From contig NW_021834511.1 in NCBI RefSeq assembly GCF_006345805.1, forward strand, positions 1 through 49,013: a stretch of DNA of 49,013 nt, in the 5' to 3' direction. Both the position numbers and the translations under genes were made by a program. The DNA comes from Octopus sinensis (lineage: Eukaryota). Shown one piece after another: positions 25,545 through 36,794 of this stretch; positions within the stretch are counted from its first letter, which is position 1; each line of letters starts with the position of its first letter. Under the pieces are notes generated by a model. The model was not told where the DNA came from, did no database searches, and saw only the letters and a program-made list of their open reading frames with translations.

Positions 25545-27397
25545 TGAATGATCGTGGTGTTGTAAAGTGTCTGAATATCGAAATATTCGATTAGAATATC
25601 TTAGTGAATGTACATGACTATGTGACTCCCTGAAAGTTTGAGCTTTTCTTTTCCTTTTATTTTGGCTCAAAATCACTTCCCTTTAATTCCTCGGCGACTC
25701 CTCTTTTTATTGACTGAACATTTGATAAATTTTCTTCCTCAATTGATTTTACATTTATTTGCAGATGTTGGTTATCCGACATACCATTCTATGCTGCTTT
25801 CCTGGCTCCCGTCGTGACTATTCTCATCTTCAACATTATCATGTTTGTTCTCGTTATCTTGCGTCTTATCGCAATGCAAAATAACAAGCTGCTTCAATAC
25901 GAAACCAGAAGACTACGTTTTCTTGGAATATTTGGTTTGTTTTTGCTGTTCGGATTATCTTGGGTCTTTGCATTCTTCGCTGTTGGGGAAGCAGCAGAAG
26001 TGTTTCAGATTCTTTTCGTTACCTTCAGTGCCTTTCAAGGAACGTTTATCTTCTTATTCTACTGTATATACAAGAAAGATACCAGGGACGTCATTTGCCC
26101 GTGTATATGTAAACAAAAGAAAGCGAAAGCCAGTAAAGTTTCAAAATCCTATAAAAGTAAGTGCAGTTTGATCTTTCTTATTCCTACTACCCCCACAACC
26201 AGGGTCAATATGTTATAATGGGTCTAATCACAAACACCACTTCTACCAACACAACCATTGTCAACGTCATCGCTCTTAGGACTGGAGCGACATCGTAATA
26301 AATACCAACTCCATTCTTGTCATCATCATCATCATCTGTATGTATGTATGTATTTATTTACTTATGTATGTACGTACGCATGTGTGCATGTATGTATGTA
26401 CGTATGTATATATATAAGTATGTATGTATACACACATATATAGGAATATAGGTACATATATCTATTTATGTATACATACATAAAGAGACATAAGAAGGCG
26501 TGTAGCTTCGTAGTTAGGGCATTCAGCTACGATCGTAAAGTCCTGAGTTCGATCTCTAGCGGTGCATTTTGATCTTGAGCAAGACACTCTATTTCATGTT
26601 GCCCCAATCCAATCAGCTGGCATAAGTGAGTTGTACCTACATTTCAAAGGGGCCAGCCTTGCCACATCTGTGTCATACTGAATCGCCTTGATAACTACGT
26701 TCAGGTTACGTTTGCCTTTGCAGTGCTCACCCATCTGTGCGTTAGTTTCACGAGCAGTCTTTTCCGTTGATCGAATCAACTGGGACTCTATTCGTTGTAA
26801 CCGTTGCGAGACAAAGACAGAGAAAAGAAGAGGGGGGAGACAGTGAAGTGAGTTAGATGGATTGGGAGATCGTTGTGAAATGTATATGCCGCCACGGAGA
26901 GATCCTTGTGAAATTTACACAGTGGCAAAGATAGACCTACGTATAATTTACATATTACTACAGATCAATGTGAAGTCTAAACACAAACATAAATAGAACC
27001 ATGTAACACACGGCCACAGATGGATCTACGTAAAGCATACATCCACACAATAGAACTAAGAAGCCTCTCATATTTTCCCTCTCAAGTTGTCCAGTTGTTC
27101 TGGAAGATATTCCTGAACCAATATTGCCAATATTTTACGACATAATCCTGATAATTAAATTCTCGCCATTAGTTTCTGTAATTAATGTTTTCAATATAAA
27201 TTGCGTTGGTCATCCATGATTCATCCATGTAATAATATCTTAACGTATGGGAAAACAGTGGATGGCAACTGGGGTTGCATAAAAAAATATAAGGGCTAGG
27301 GATATTTTACTTTGGAAATTAATATTTTATATAAGTTTTCTCATTGTGTTTTTCAGGTTCTGGCACAGGTGATGGAACAGCAGAAACGAACACATAA
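745..27397 (+). CDS. Adhesion GPCR (GAIN/GPS + secretin-like 7TM, ADGRG-like), 5'-partial; 8 coding exons: 745-873, 1592-1741, 3946-4061, 6651-6774, 17700-17844, 18365-18443, 25765-26156, 27357-27397
   Basis: All eight exons have an AG acceptor, the first seven have a GT donor, and phases match (0,0,2,0,1,2,1). Total 1176 nt = 391 aa + TAA. Spliced product includes [37 protein letters not shown]|[19 protein letters not shown] (TM1), [10 protein letters not shown] (TM2), [23 protein letters not shown] (TM3), SWGLPAVIV (TM4), [13 protein letters not shown] (TM5), [14 protein letters not shown] (TM6), [11 protein letters not shown] (TM7). Orthology is not determinable, so no symbol is given. Confidence 0.95.
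1592..1741 (+). CDS. aGPCR exon: GPS autoproteolysis motif and start of tethered agonist
   Basis: tttttcag|AAT...ATG|gttggt; 150 nt; [50 protein letters not shown]. Confidence 0.96.
1858..1878 (+). repeat. Short interstitial (TTAGGG)n, 3-4 units
   Basis: taaggttagggttagggttaggg inside intron 2. Confidence 0.8.
3247..3484 (+). mobile_element. tRNA-derived SINE, family A monomer
   Basis: A-box-like TGGCAGAAACG, B-box-like GAATTCAAATT, body cctttcatcctttcggggtcgataaattaagt, tail gtagtaaagaaatagg; other copies at 7201, 11636, 14478. Confidence 0.88.
3515..3750. repeat. (TA)n / (CA)n microsatellite
   Basis: Direct inspection; source of the poly-YI ORFs. Confidence 0.95.
3946..4061 (+). CDS. aGPCR exon: Stachel end and TM1
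   Basis: gttgcag|AAT...TCCAA|gtaaga; [38 protein letters not shown](K). Not in the ORF track in this frame. Confidence 0.92.
4556..4636. repeat. (CATA)n/(CCTA)n microsatellite
   Basis: Direct inspection. Confidence 0.9.
4952..5040 (-). ncRNA. Type I hammerhead ribozyme-like motif in a small repeat (about 4790-5110)
   Basis: Minus strand reads GUGCAG-CUGAAGA-[long imperfect stem II]-GAAAC-GGUC-GUA-CUGCAC: perfect 6-bp stem I, canonical CUGANGA and GAAA cores, NUH triplet GUA. The first stem II pair is U-U. Confidence 0.6.
6027..6425 (+). mobile_element. tRNA-derived CORE-type SINE, family B, with internal TA/TG microsatellite
   Basis: Head gtggctgtgtggtaag...ggttcagtccc, CORE-like gcaccttgggcaagtgtcttctactatagcctc, tail aaggcggtgctgcagcatgg...tgactgaaacaag; copies at 36795, 37375 and 37965. 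Confidence 0.85.
6428..6525. repeat. (CA)n(TA)n microsatellite
   Basis: Direct inspection. Confidence 0.95.
6651..6774 (+). CDS. aGPCR exon: ICL1, TM2, ECL1
   Basis: atttcag|A...AAG|gtaagt; [41 protein letters not shown]. Confidence 0.94.
7201..7428 (-). mobile_element. tRNA-derived SINE, family A monomer
   Basis: Reverse complement of the 3247-3484 element. Confidence 0.88.
7578..7838. repeat. Compound triplet microsatellite (GTT)(CTT)(ATT)(GTT)
   Basis: Direct inspection; gives poly-L/F/I/Y/C ORFs. Confidence 0.95.
8120..11420 (-). mobile_element. R4/Dong-clade RLE non-LTR retrotransposon, degenerate, near full length with internal RT deletion (copy E1)
   Basis: N-terminal [18 protein letters not shown]; RT ...[11 protein letters not shown]; CRFC..H-type knuckle region; RPDIVI..LIDISV endonuclease; [11 protein letters not shown]; 3' end abuts (TAA)4 at 8107-8119. 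Jump near 9955 from KIP.FY to GYTISP. The 5' boundary is approximate. Confidence 0.88.
11636..12385 (-). mobile_element. SINE family A concatemer: one tRNA head plus four tandem bodies (period about 181-184 bp)
   Basis: Recurring junction gaaatac|ctatttc at about 11781, 11962 and 12146; intact head only at 12330-12385. Confidence 0.85.
13215..13430 (+). mobile_element. Ty3/Gypsy integrase C-terminal remnant (GPY/F module)
   Basis: Frameshifted [37 protein letters not shown] matches the PLQPPYDGPFRV..TVSIDRLKPA motif. Confidence 0.55.
13710..14400 (-). mobile_element. R4/Dong-clade 3' fragment, highly degenerate (copy E4)
   Basis: [33 protein letters not shown] (RLE C-terminus); 3' end abuts short (TAA) runs at 13683-13709. 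Confidence 0.7.
14478..14599 (+). mobile_element. SINE family A, 3' half
   Basis: gataaattaagtaccag...gtagtaaagaaatagg. Confidence 0.8.
14755..14908. repeat. (CAT)n then (TAA/ATT)n microsatellite at the 3' end of E2
   Basis: Direct inspection. Confidence 0.95.
14909..17370 (-). mobile_element. R4/Dong-clade retrotransposon, 5'-truncated, inserted within (TAA)n (copy E2)
   Basis: [85 protein letters not shown]; long (ATT)n on both flanks. Confidence 0.95.
17371..17453. repeat. (ATT)n microsatellite at the 5' junction of E2
   Basis: Direct inspection. Confidence 0.95.
17700..17844 (+). CDS. aGPCR exon: TM3 to start of TM4
   Basis: attgtag|GCA...TGGG|gtaagt; [48 protein letters not shown](G). 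Confidence 0.94.
18365..18443 (+). CDS. aGPCR exon: TM4 and ECL2
   Basis: cttgtcag|GT...GT|gtaagt; (G)[25 protein letters not shown](V). Confidence 0.92.
18680..19490. mobile_element. RTE-clade LINE 3' fragment with inverted 5' segment (18680-19275 minus; 19276-19490 plus)
   Basis: Plus part: [32 protein letters not shown]. Minus part: [36 protein letters not shown]. Confidence 0.82.
19935..20356. repeat. Degenerate (GAT/GGT/TAA) triplet tracts with short (TATC)/(CA) runs, upstream of E3
   Basis: Direct inspection. Confidence 0.8.
20357..24329 (+). mobile_element. Full-length R4/Dong-clade RLE retrotransposon, nearly intact (copy E3)
   Basis: One long coding region 20466-24154 with only two breaks: a frameshift in the A9 run at 21243-21251 and an in-frame TAA at 23882. 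Myb-like [18 protein letters not shown] ([26 protein letters not shown]), CRFC-x7-H-x4-C, KPDIVV..IDMSIP..K..KY. Flanked by ataataacaataataa and an A-rich tail followed by (AAT)n. Confidence 0.96.
24755..25082. repeat. (TA)n microsatellite
   Basis: Direct inspection. Confidence 0.95.
25085..25450 (+). mobile_element. CR1-like LINE 3' end with octamer tail (TATCAAAG)x3
   Basis: Translates to ..[48 protein letters not shown]; tail tatcaaagtatcaaagtatcaaag. Confidence 0.7.
25765..26156 (+). CDS. aGPCR exon: ECL2 CW motif, TM5-TM7, proximal C-tail
   Basis: atttgcag|A TGT TGG...AAA A|gtaagt; [31 protein letters not shown]...[27 protein letters not shown]. Confidence 0.95.
26495..26812 (+). mobile_element. 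tRNA-derived SINE, family C
   Basis: A box gtagcttcgtag, B box GAGTTCGATC, CORE-like atcttgagcaagacactctatttc. Confidence 0.7.
26865..27060. repeat. Degenerate 30-36 bp minisatellite
   Basis: Recurrent agat(a/g)gatc..gtgaa..tacac..ccac units. Confidence 0.45.
27357..27397 (+). CDS. aGPCR probable terminal coding exon
   Basis: gtgtttttcag|GT TCT GGC...ACA TAA; phase matches the previous donor; (S)[12 protein letters not shown]. Short and non-conserved, so less certain. Confidence 0.7.
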
Positions 27398-27931
27398 ATA
27401 GAAACGTTAAAACAAACGTCTGTGAATTGACAGAAAAGATATTGATGAGAATAATAACGAGGAATAATCCACAAAATATATCACTTATTTCGGATTATAT
27501 GAATTAAAACATGATGGATATATAAAGATTTGCAAATTGACATTCCCCTTAACCATCAAATCATGAATGGATCAACTGAAAGAAATGACAAAATTATATA
27601 AAGTAGAAAAATCTAGCGGAAATCCCGCAGGTTTTGCTACTGAGCATAATTACATATAAACAACTTTTTAAATGTATACTGTTCCTTCCAAAAATATAAT
27701 CCTTTTTAACATAATTTAACAGTAATTAAAAAGGGCTCAATATGTATTTTCTTTCATTAATAACTATTGTTTAAATTAAAACACACATAGGCACATCATT
27801 AATGAAAACAATTTATTCAGACTTTACCGGGTTAAAATATCATTTATTTTACTTCCTATCTCTTACTACCGTATCTACGGTACCTTATTGCATTTGTGAG
27901 TAAAATTACATTTCCTGGGGCTAAATATTTA

Positions 27932-27937
27932 AATAAA
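27932..27937 (+). terminator. Candidate polyadenylation signal of the aGPCR (another AATAAA at 28142-28147)
   Basis: AATAAA about 535 nt after the stop in an AT-rich 3' UTR; chance occurrence is likely in such DNA. Confidence 0.3.
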
Positions 27938-28360
27938 AATAATACTGTTTATTTAATATAAACAGAAAACATTATTGTCAGTAAAATGTTTCTCCTTTCA
28001 AATGAAGTTTCTGGAGTATGACACCAAACGTAAGAAGGAACGTATAATTATATAAAGATATAGATTTGATAAACAACACGATCACCATTATGATGGGACT
28101 CATACAGCAACATCACAAAAGAATATATATATAGATACATGAATAAATGTGTATAACATTCAGGATACATATATTTGTATAATCTATGATGGTGTGAGGA
28201 AACATTTTCTTTTATAGTTTGTGTCTATATGCATTTCTAGTATAATAAATATCATGTTATCACTGATACAGGAAAATACATTTCTCATCTATTTATACAA
28301 TGACAAACATATTAATATCGTATTTTCTTCGCTCAGGAAATATCTTAGATGGAATGTATA

Positions 28361-29505
28361 TCTTACTATAGTTGGCCTTATGTCCGTCCGTCTGTCCGTG
28401 ACCATTTTCACGGCCAAACGACTGATTAAACTTGCACGAAGCTTAACAGTCTTACTAAGGACGTCTCGAGAATGGTTTATGTCATGTTTATAATGTTTTA
28501 TTGGAAACACTAGCTACACTGCTTCGATTCGGAAGAAAAAAAAACGGAAGCCATTTCCGTATACATAAATAAAAATACATAAATGAAAATAAATTATACG
28601 AAAATCGGCCACAGTAGCGAAACAGAGACAAAAACCTAAATAGCATTTATGAATGTTCAAACAGTACTTTCAGTTGTTCTTGCCTTATTATCTCTACAAC
28701 GGTTCTGGGTGTTGATGGTGTGAGCGACACACAAATTGTATGAGCGACACACAGACACACATAGACAAAGAGAGAAAGGCAGAGGCAGAGGAAAACACAA
28801 ACACACAGAAACAGAGAGAAAGACACACTCTGCGTGTGTGGGTGTGGGTGCGTGCGTTTATTTTAACCCCATCAACACACTTCCTCTACAGCGATTTCAA
28901 TTTGGTACAGCACCCAGGACAAAAACTAAATAAATAGAAACAATAATGTTAATGAATACATGATTAACAACTTCCCAGGAGAAAGTCGACACTATTTAAG
29001 TTCGGACATTATAGTTGATGGAAATTAGCACCAGTATCTACAGGATTTCCTTAACAACTTGAATCCATCGGGACTTCCTAAGCATAGGATCTCACTGTAA
29101 AAGTACTGTCCTATAATGCTCCTACAAAACTTTGACCCTGCCAATGGAAATTGCAACGGAACAAGATACACCCTCACGCAACTCAATTCTCACGTCATCG
29201 AGGCAGTGATAGCGATTGGCCCTCACAGTGGTAATCACCTGTCCACACGTCGGATACCACTGGTACCCTCCGACAACCAGTTTCCCTTCCAATTAAGATA
29301 CAGGCCGTTTCCCATGAAACTAGCCTTCTCATTCACAAATATCAAGTCTCAGGGCCAGACTTTAGATTATGTTGGTGTGTTTCTGCCCAGTCCGATGTTT
29401 ACACACGGCCAGTTGTACGTCTCTATGAGCAGAGCAGTGGACTCAGCTAATTTGAAAATTAGTGTTGATGAAACACAAAATATCTGTAACAAAGAAGTTT
29501 TGTAA
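28361..29505 (+). mobile_element. Non-autonomous Helitron derivative carrying the PIF1 helicase C-terminus
   Basis: A|TC start followed by (TCCG/TCTG) repeats, typical of Helitron 5' ends; FLNNLNPSGLPKH..CPIMLLQNFDP..CNGTR..FPMKLAFSFTNIKSQGQTL..VGV..FTHGQLYVSMSR with stops. The 3' hairpin/CTRR end was not found. Confidence 0.8.
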
Positions 29506-29749
29506 GCGTAATAATATCATGAATATGTACTATATAAACTCTACATGAATATAATCGAAACCAACCGCTATTTATATTTTGTTACATTTCCCATGCCCTA
29601 TTTCAGTATAAATACATTTATACCAGGAAAGCTATTCTTTCGTATGAGGTTGATTAAAACCACCCCATTTCTCTGGCCTTTAAAATAAGGAACAACCAAT
29701 TAACAATGTTATTTGTGGATTAAATAAAATACGGTTAATTTGAAACCGG

Positions 29750-30443
29750 TTGGTGACCATAGCTGAGAGCAATAGTCAAGGTGACTTAGGACAAGTGTCC
29801 TCCATAGGACCATCATGGTTTCCTGGTCTCTTACTCTAAAAGTTCTAAGAATCCATCCGGTCAGCCGCCTACATTTCATTGCCAACTTAGCAACATGCAC
29901 ATGAAAGGTTGCATCATTACTCATGTAAATACCCAGGTCTCGCACTGCTTGTGTCTCTGGGATTGCAATCCCACCAGCTCCAGTGTATGTATTGGGTATT
30001 GCATTTAGATTTGCAAGCTGATAGCACAAAGCTCGAAACTTTTCAACATTAAACTGCTTGCAATTCTTTCCGGTCCATTTGTATATTTCATTCAGCTCAT
30101 ATTGCAGGTGCATAGCGTCTTTAGGGTTCTATATTACTTGTGAAGCATTTGTATCATCTGCATAACTTGTGATCGTGGCTCTTTGTGTGGCTGAGGGCAT
30201 ATCTGAGAGGGCCATTATGAACAGTAGTTGTCCGAAAATAGTGCTTTACGAAATAGGGCTCACTATTTGAGTGTCAATGGAAGTGGCCCCATAGGCTACT
30301 ACCGCCTGACTTCTATCCTTCAGAAATTCATGAAGCCATTCTCCCAATTTTCCAACAATGCCAAGATAACGCATATTGTGACATATCATTCCATGATAAA
30401 ATTTTATCAACGGCCTTTGCAAAGTCGAGATATAACACTTCCA
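29750..30443 (-). mobile_element. CR1-like LINE reverse-transcriptase fragment
   Basis: [40 protein letters not shown], with stops and frameshifts. Confidence 0.85.
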
Positions 30444-30636
<193 letters not shown>

Positions 30637-32903
30637 AGTTATGTTTATTAGCCACACAGTGCTGCACACAGATAGAACAAATTACAAGGTAGAGCTTTTC
30701 TTTTGGGGGTAAAAAAAGGGGGGGTGGCTTTCGATCAAAAGGGATCGTAAAAGGAAAGAAAGAGGACAAAAAGGGGGGGGGGTTAAAAAAATAGGGGGAG
30801 AGGAAAAAAATTGATCAATAGGGATCGTTATCACAGAAATGTCAATATGAAGTGTAAAGGGGAGGACAGGTGAGGTTTACCCGTGGAAAGAAAAGACTAC
30901 GGAAAAGACCACGGTAACCTCGGTCAATGAAGTCACATGTTATATCTCTTTTTTTTTTTTGCAAATAAGCAACTCTCTGTATTAATTTTTACGGTTCATA
31001 GAATCATAGTCAAGGTGGCTTCGACATTCATACGTGCCATCCTTGCTACATTCACCCATCTTTTTTTAAAACATTCACTAGACAAAACTTGCCTCTCTAC
31101 TCTCACTTTCCTCTTCAAGTGATACTTGAAGAAGTTGATGAGAGATTGACCAGAGAGGAAAGTGTTTGTCTCTAATCCTTTCAGGCGCGTCCACCAGATA
31201 CATTCTTTCGTCATAGCCACAAGTATGATAAAAAGCTCTTCCTTCCCGTTTGAAGGAAGGAGGCGGTGACGATATTAACGATAGACTCGGCTGATAAACC
31301 GACACGTCCCACACGTGACAGCAGTCGTTCGACATAAGTCCACAGTCAGAAATTGCTGGACACTGCACGGTTGCGTGCAGAGCGGTTTCGTCGCTCTGCC
31401 CATCTCGGGCAGGTCGCCCCGTGTTTCTCGAGCCATGCCTATAGAGCTTATCCCGAACGGTGCGCTTCTCGGTAGCACCGCCAGGCCATGGATCTCTGGA
31501 GTTATCCCTAGGTCCCGGGCCGAAAGTCGTTTGAAACAGGCGGGTCAGGTATTCCTCGTCAACGCCCAGGTTTGCCCCGAGATCGTCGTCGTACCTCCCC
31601 TCCACTAATCCCCTATAGAATGCTTGGTTGTGTTGAAGTCACTCAAGGTCGACCCGGGACGGCAGAGTTGCTTGAAAGCACGCGACACTCGCGGTGCCAT
31701 TCGCCCTTCCTCGGCCTCTTTTTGATCCACGACTGCAGTTCGGTCATGGAGACGAGCTGCGGGAAAGCGTGCCTCACAAACGCGACCACACCTGTTCACC
31801 GTCGTCTACATAGAGCCAGAGATGTCGCAGTCTCAGCGCGTGTCTGCGCATCATCAACCACGGCATGCCCATCCCTCCTTTTAACGGGTGTTGACAGCAA
31901 ATGGATCGCCTGACCATCGGACGCATCCTTTCCACAAGAAGCGGAAGAGAATGCGTTCTAGTTTGGTGATGGTAGGGTCGGGACAAGGTACGACGGTCAG
32001 GCGGTAGTAGATGATGGACGCGATGTACGCGTTCGCCACCTCCGCCCGACCTTTTAGGGACAGTTTCCTCTCGGCCCATTGCTTGGCGAGAGTGACCACC
32101 CTACTCGTTATCTCGTTCCAGTTCTCCATTTGGAGGTCCGGACCGAACCAGACTCCGAGCAACTTAACCGGGCCGTCTGTCCAGCGTCCCACGACGGAGG
32201 TACTGGTGGACGGCATGGGTTTGCTTCTCTAGGTGCCGAGCCGCAAGCCCACTGACTTTTCCCGGTTGATTTTTCCTCCTGTCACCGCTTCGTAGTCTTT
32301 CAGTGTCTCGCCGACCCGCTCGATGTGCTCGTGGCTTGACACTATGACGGTGACGTCGTCCGCGTATGCAGACACGCTCGTCCCGCATCCCAATTCTCGC
32401 GGGATGCTCCTCAGAGTCGCCAGCTTCCGCAGTAGTGGCTCAAGAGTCAATACGTATAGAAGCGCCGAGAGGGGGCATCCCTGACGGACCGAACGTGCAA
32501 TGTCGAAAGGTCTCGATAGATGTCCATTTATGCGAATTACCGAACGGATGCCTCTGTACAAGGCAGCTATCCAGCCGCGGAAGGCGGGACCGAAACCAGC
32601 CGCTCTCAGGACTGCCTCCAAGTATCGATGGTCTACCCTATCGAAGGCTTTCGATTGATCCAAGTTGATCAGGGCCCCACCCATGCCAGGTTCGTTAACT
32701 ACCCTGTCTATGATGTAGCGCATCAGATGGAGGTTGTCATGGATGCTCCGGCCCGGCACAGCACACGTTTGTGCGTTGTCGACCAATTTCTCGATGACAA
32801 GCGCCAACCTCTTGGCTAACACCTTTGTCAAAATTTTCAGGTCTGCATTGAGCAGATTGATTGGTCTAAAGTTGTCTATAATGTTCCCCTTGTTTGGATC
32901 TTT
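30637..32903 (-). mobile_element. Tx1/L1-clade LINE, 5'-truncated within RT
   Basis: NFRPINLLNADLKIL, LDQSKAFDRV, VRQGCPLS, AYADDV, CPRC-x8-H-x4-C-type knuckle; ORF2 ends at 30996; AATAAA near the 3' end; an in-frame TAG at 32229 and several frameshifts. Confidence 0.92.
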
Positions 32904-33034
32904 ATAGTTGCATATATACAGGTGTACAAATGTATTTATGCGTGTGTGCGAGTGTGCGTTGTGTAATTAAATGAGGCAGCTAGTTAGCAGAGTTTCACCT
33001 AAAAGGAAAACAATAAACGTTATTTAATATGACT

Positions 33035-33325
33035 GAAGGTGTTAAAACACCTAAACTGCTAGAAATAACAGCTAAATGACTGAAGGTGCTAGAAATAAGT
33101 GCTAAATGACTATGTTGCTGCTGTCAACTCACATATAAACCGATCTACATATATACATATATACCGGTGTAGAGATGAAACCGTACGGTATAGAGATGTC
33201 AGTAGTTGTCACTCACTATCATCTACAGTCGCCACTGGCATGCATGTATAAAATCATATGTGCGTTGACAGCAGCAACAGGGCCATTTAGCTCTTATTTT
33301 TAGCGGCATAGGTGTTGAATGACAC

Positions 33326-33328
<3 letters not shown>
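33035..33328. mobile_element. MITE with long imperfect terminal inverted repeats next to (TA)n
   Basis: tgttgctgctgtcaactcacatata (33113) matches the reverse complement of 33255-33279 at 23/25; outer arms gctagaaataacagctaaatg / catttagctcttatttttagc. Confidence 0.7.
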
Positions 33329-33378
<50 letters not shown>

Positions 33379-33467
33379 TATATATAATATATATATATAT
33401 ATATCCGCGTGTATACAGAATATTTATACAGAATATTCACTAAGGGTGTTTGGTTCACTGATGATCT

Positions 33468-33989
33468 AAACGAACAGGTACGCTGATTAAGTGCTATAAT
33501 TGGTCATCCGTTGGGTTCCACGTTCACAGTTGAGGCGGGATCTAGGGACCCGTATTAGGCTTCCGATTCAGCAGGTATATATTAGAGGGAAAAGGACAAG
33601 AAAAACCAAAACTGGACGAGTATGTCAGGTCATTTAAAATATTTAATTAGAGCAAGGTGAATGTGAAGTAATTAAGCAATTAAATAGTTAAGTATTTAAC
33701 TATTGGATGCCGTACAGCTGTTTCTGGGATATCCCAAGTGATTGGCTAGCGTGACCGTACGTCAAAGTCAAGGTGAGTACATATGAATGTTCTACACAGG
33801 GAATTCACGGTTTATAAGAAATAAAATACCAGAGAGAAGAATAAAGAGTAAAACAGTAGGTAGAAGAATACAGATAGTAGTGTAACGTTCACGACTCATC
33901 TTCTTGCGGTATGGAGGTTGGTTCGTACTTCCGTTAAGATATAGGCACTTAAGTATAATTCAAGGTAAATCCAGATGGTATTTTGGCAA
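33468..33989. mobile_element. Unclassified dispersed repeat, copy 1 (possibly Penelope-derived)
   Basis: Aligns along its length with 35193-35663; contains tacagctgtttc and the palindrome GGGATATCCC. Confidence 0.55.
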
Positions 33990-34009
33990 TATATGAGTGT
34001 GTGCATGTA

Positions 34010-34430
<421 letters not shown>

Positions 34431-35092
34431 TACATAAATCCATACACCCACATATATACATGTTTACATATGTATTGTGTAAAGCAGAGGTTTGTTGGGT
34501 GTAACCAAGATGTAAAGAAAGAGTTTAAGAGATTTAAATATTTCGTTTGTTCTCTAATACAATAAGGTTTAGATGCGTGTATGTTATGTATACACAAACT
34601 GCGTCATGGCAAGTACACACAAACAATTATACACACAGATATGCACACAAACACTCACACGTATACACATACAACATACATACATACATACATACATACA
34701 TACATACATACATACATACATACATACATACATACATACATACAGAAATTCATACATACGTATGTATGTGTATGTGGGTTGGTCGATGTATTGATAAAAT
34801 ACAAAAGACTGTCGCGATTGCATCAAAGAAAAATTATGTCTCAAAAATATCAAAATTTGAAAGTAAAACTTTTATTGAGCATGAAGAGTTGCAGTGGGAG
34901 TTAAGGCGTGAATCTAGAAGGAAGAATAAAATGAATGAATAACAAAAAATCCCATTCATAACATTACAATTTTGGGTTAATTGATTGGGGAAAATTATTT
35001 ACGTAGTTGTTACGAAGGATAAATATGAAATTCGACAGTACTTCTTCAAAAAAATACATGTATACGCATGCATATATATATATATGTGTGTG

Positions 35093-35173
<81 letters not shown>

Positions 35174-35192
35174 CGTATAATGGATAGTTCGT

Positions 35193-35663
35193 AAACGAAT
35201 AGGTACACTGTAAAAGTGCTATAATTGGTCATCCGTTAGGTACCAAGTTCACTGCTGAGGTTGGAGCTAGAGATCCGTAGTAGGCTTCCAGGTTAGCTGT
35301 TATATATTAAAGTCAAATGGACAACAAAACCGAGGCAGGACGAGTATCTCAGGTCATTTAGAATTTTTAATTAGAATAAGGTGAAGTAGAAGTAATTAAT
35401 GCCTTACAGCTGTTTTAGGGATATCCCACATGACGGGTCAGCATCTTGGTATTCCGTCATTGGAGACAAGGTGTATATTTTGGAAAGTTCCAGACAGGGA
35501 ATTCACCGTGTATAAAAGAATAAAGTTGTAGACAGAAGAATAAAGACAGGAGAATAAAGTTCAGAGCTCATCTTGTTCTGGAGTGTATGGAAATTAGTCC
35601 GTACTTCCGTGAAGGTATAGGTCCTTAAGTATAATGCCAGATAAATCCCGACAGTATTTTGAA
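35193..35663. mobile_element. Unclassified dispersed repeat, copy 2
   Basis: Diverged direct copy of 33468-33989. Confidence 0.55.
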
Positions 35664-36434
35664 TGTTGCGTTCAGATTGAAGGAATAGACTTAGTGGTTA
35701 GCTTGTAGGAAAATGGGCCACGTGAAGGTATAGTGAGAGAGAGAGAGAGAGAGATCAGAGAGAAGAGGGTTGTGAGTGAAGAGAGAAAAGAAAGGAAGAA
35801 AGGAAGAGGATAAGTGTTGAAAAGAATGAGAGTGAAAGTAAAAACAAAAATGAGAAATGAAAAATAAAAATAAGGATAAAGATAAGAGGTAAGAGACCTG
35901 AATTATTCTTGGTCAGGATTGAGGGGCCAGTTTTGGTAAAGTGGAGAAGGGGGGTAATTAATTAGATGAATTCTAGGGTCAGCATGGTGAGAAAGAATAT
36001 CTAACTTTAGTTTAGTGGTCAGTAAGGAGAAATAAAATGTTAGAAACAGATGCGTAAGTTAAGAGAATAATTTGAAAATTAACTGTGAAAAATTAAGAAC
36101 TAAAAATTAAAAAGTAAAGATTAAAAAGATTATTTCTGCTTGTGAACTTTTAAGAAAAAGTGAAAGATTGATAGATGAAAGGAAAAGAAAAGAACTGATG
36201 TTAAATATTCTTTGTGACACGCGGAACCTAGAATTCATTCTATTTAATTAATAGCCATTAATTCTATAATTTTCGTTGCTTTTGCAACCTTGGCAATGGA
36301 TGTTGACTATGTTGCAAAAGCAAAGAAAACTTTAGAAGAAAAATTATAAATAATGAATGAGTGGAAATCAAACCTGTGTGTGTGTTAGAATATAAGGTGT
36401 TAAAACAATACGACTCATCTGGACACGACAGTAT

Positions 36435-36475
<41 letters not shown>

Positions 36476-36794
36476 GAGAGAGAGAGGGGGGACAGACAGA
36501 CAAAGAAAATAAGATAAGGTAGAAAATGCAAAGAATAACTTTATCATGAAATACATTTTGTAACGGGTAGCACCGCTTTGTGCCTTTTCGATTTTTTCAG
36601 CTAAGAGTAAAAATAGGTGAATATTAATCAAGAAAGCCAATTAAATCGAAGAAAAATTAAATGAAATGTTTTGCACATATTTTCATAATCTTTAAATAGG
36701 TAAGACATTTCCTTTTTTCTCTCACTTTCTCTTCATTTAATTTAATTTTTGCTTCGATTTAATTTTTTTCTTCTTAATTTATACCCTAAAAATA

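Noticed and set aside
29116-29505. Host PIF1 helicase gene
   Set aside because: Intronless fragment with stops, inside a Helitron-type 5' end.
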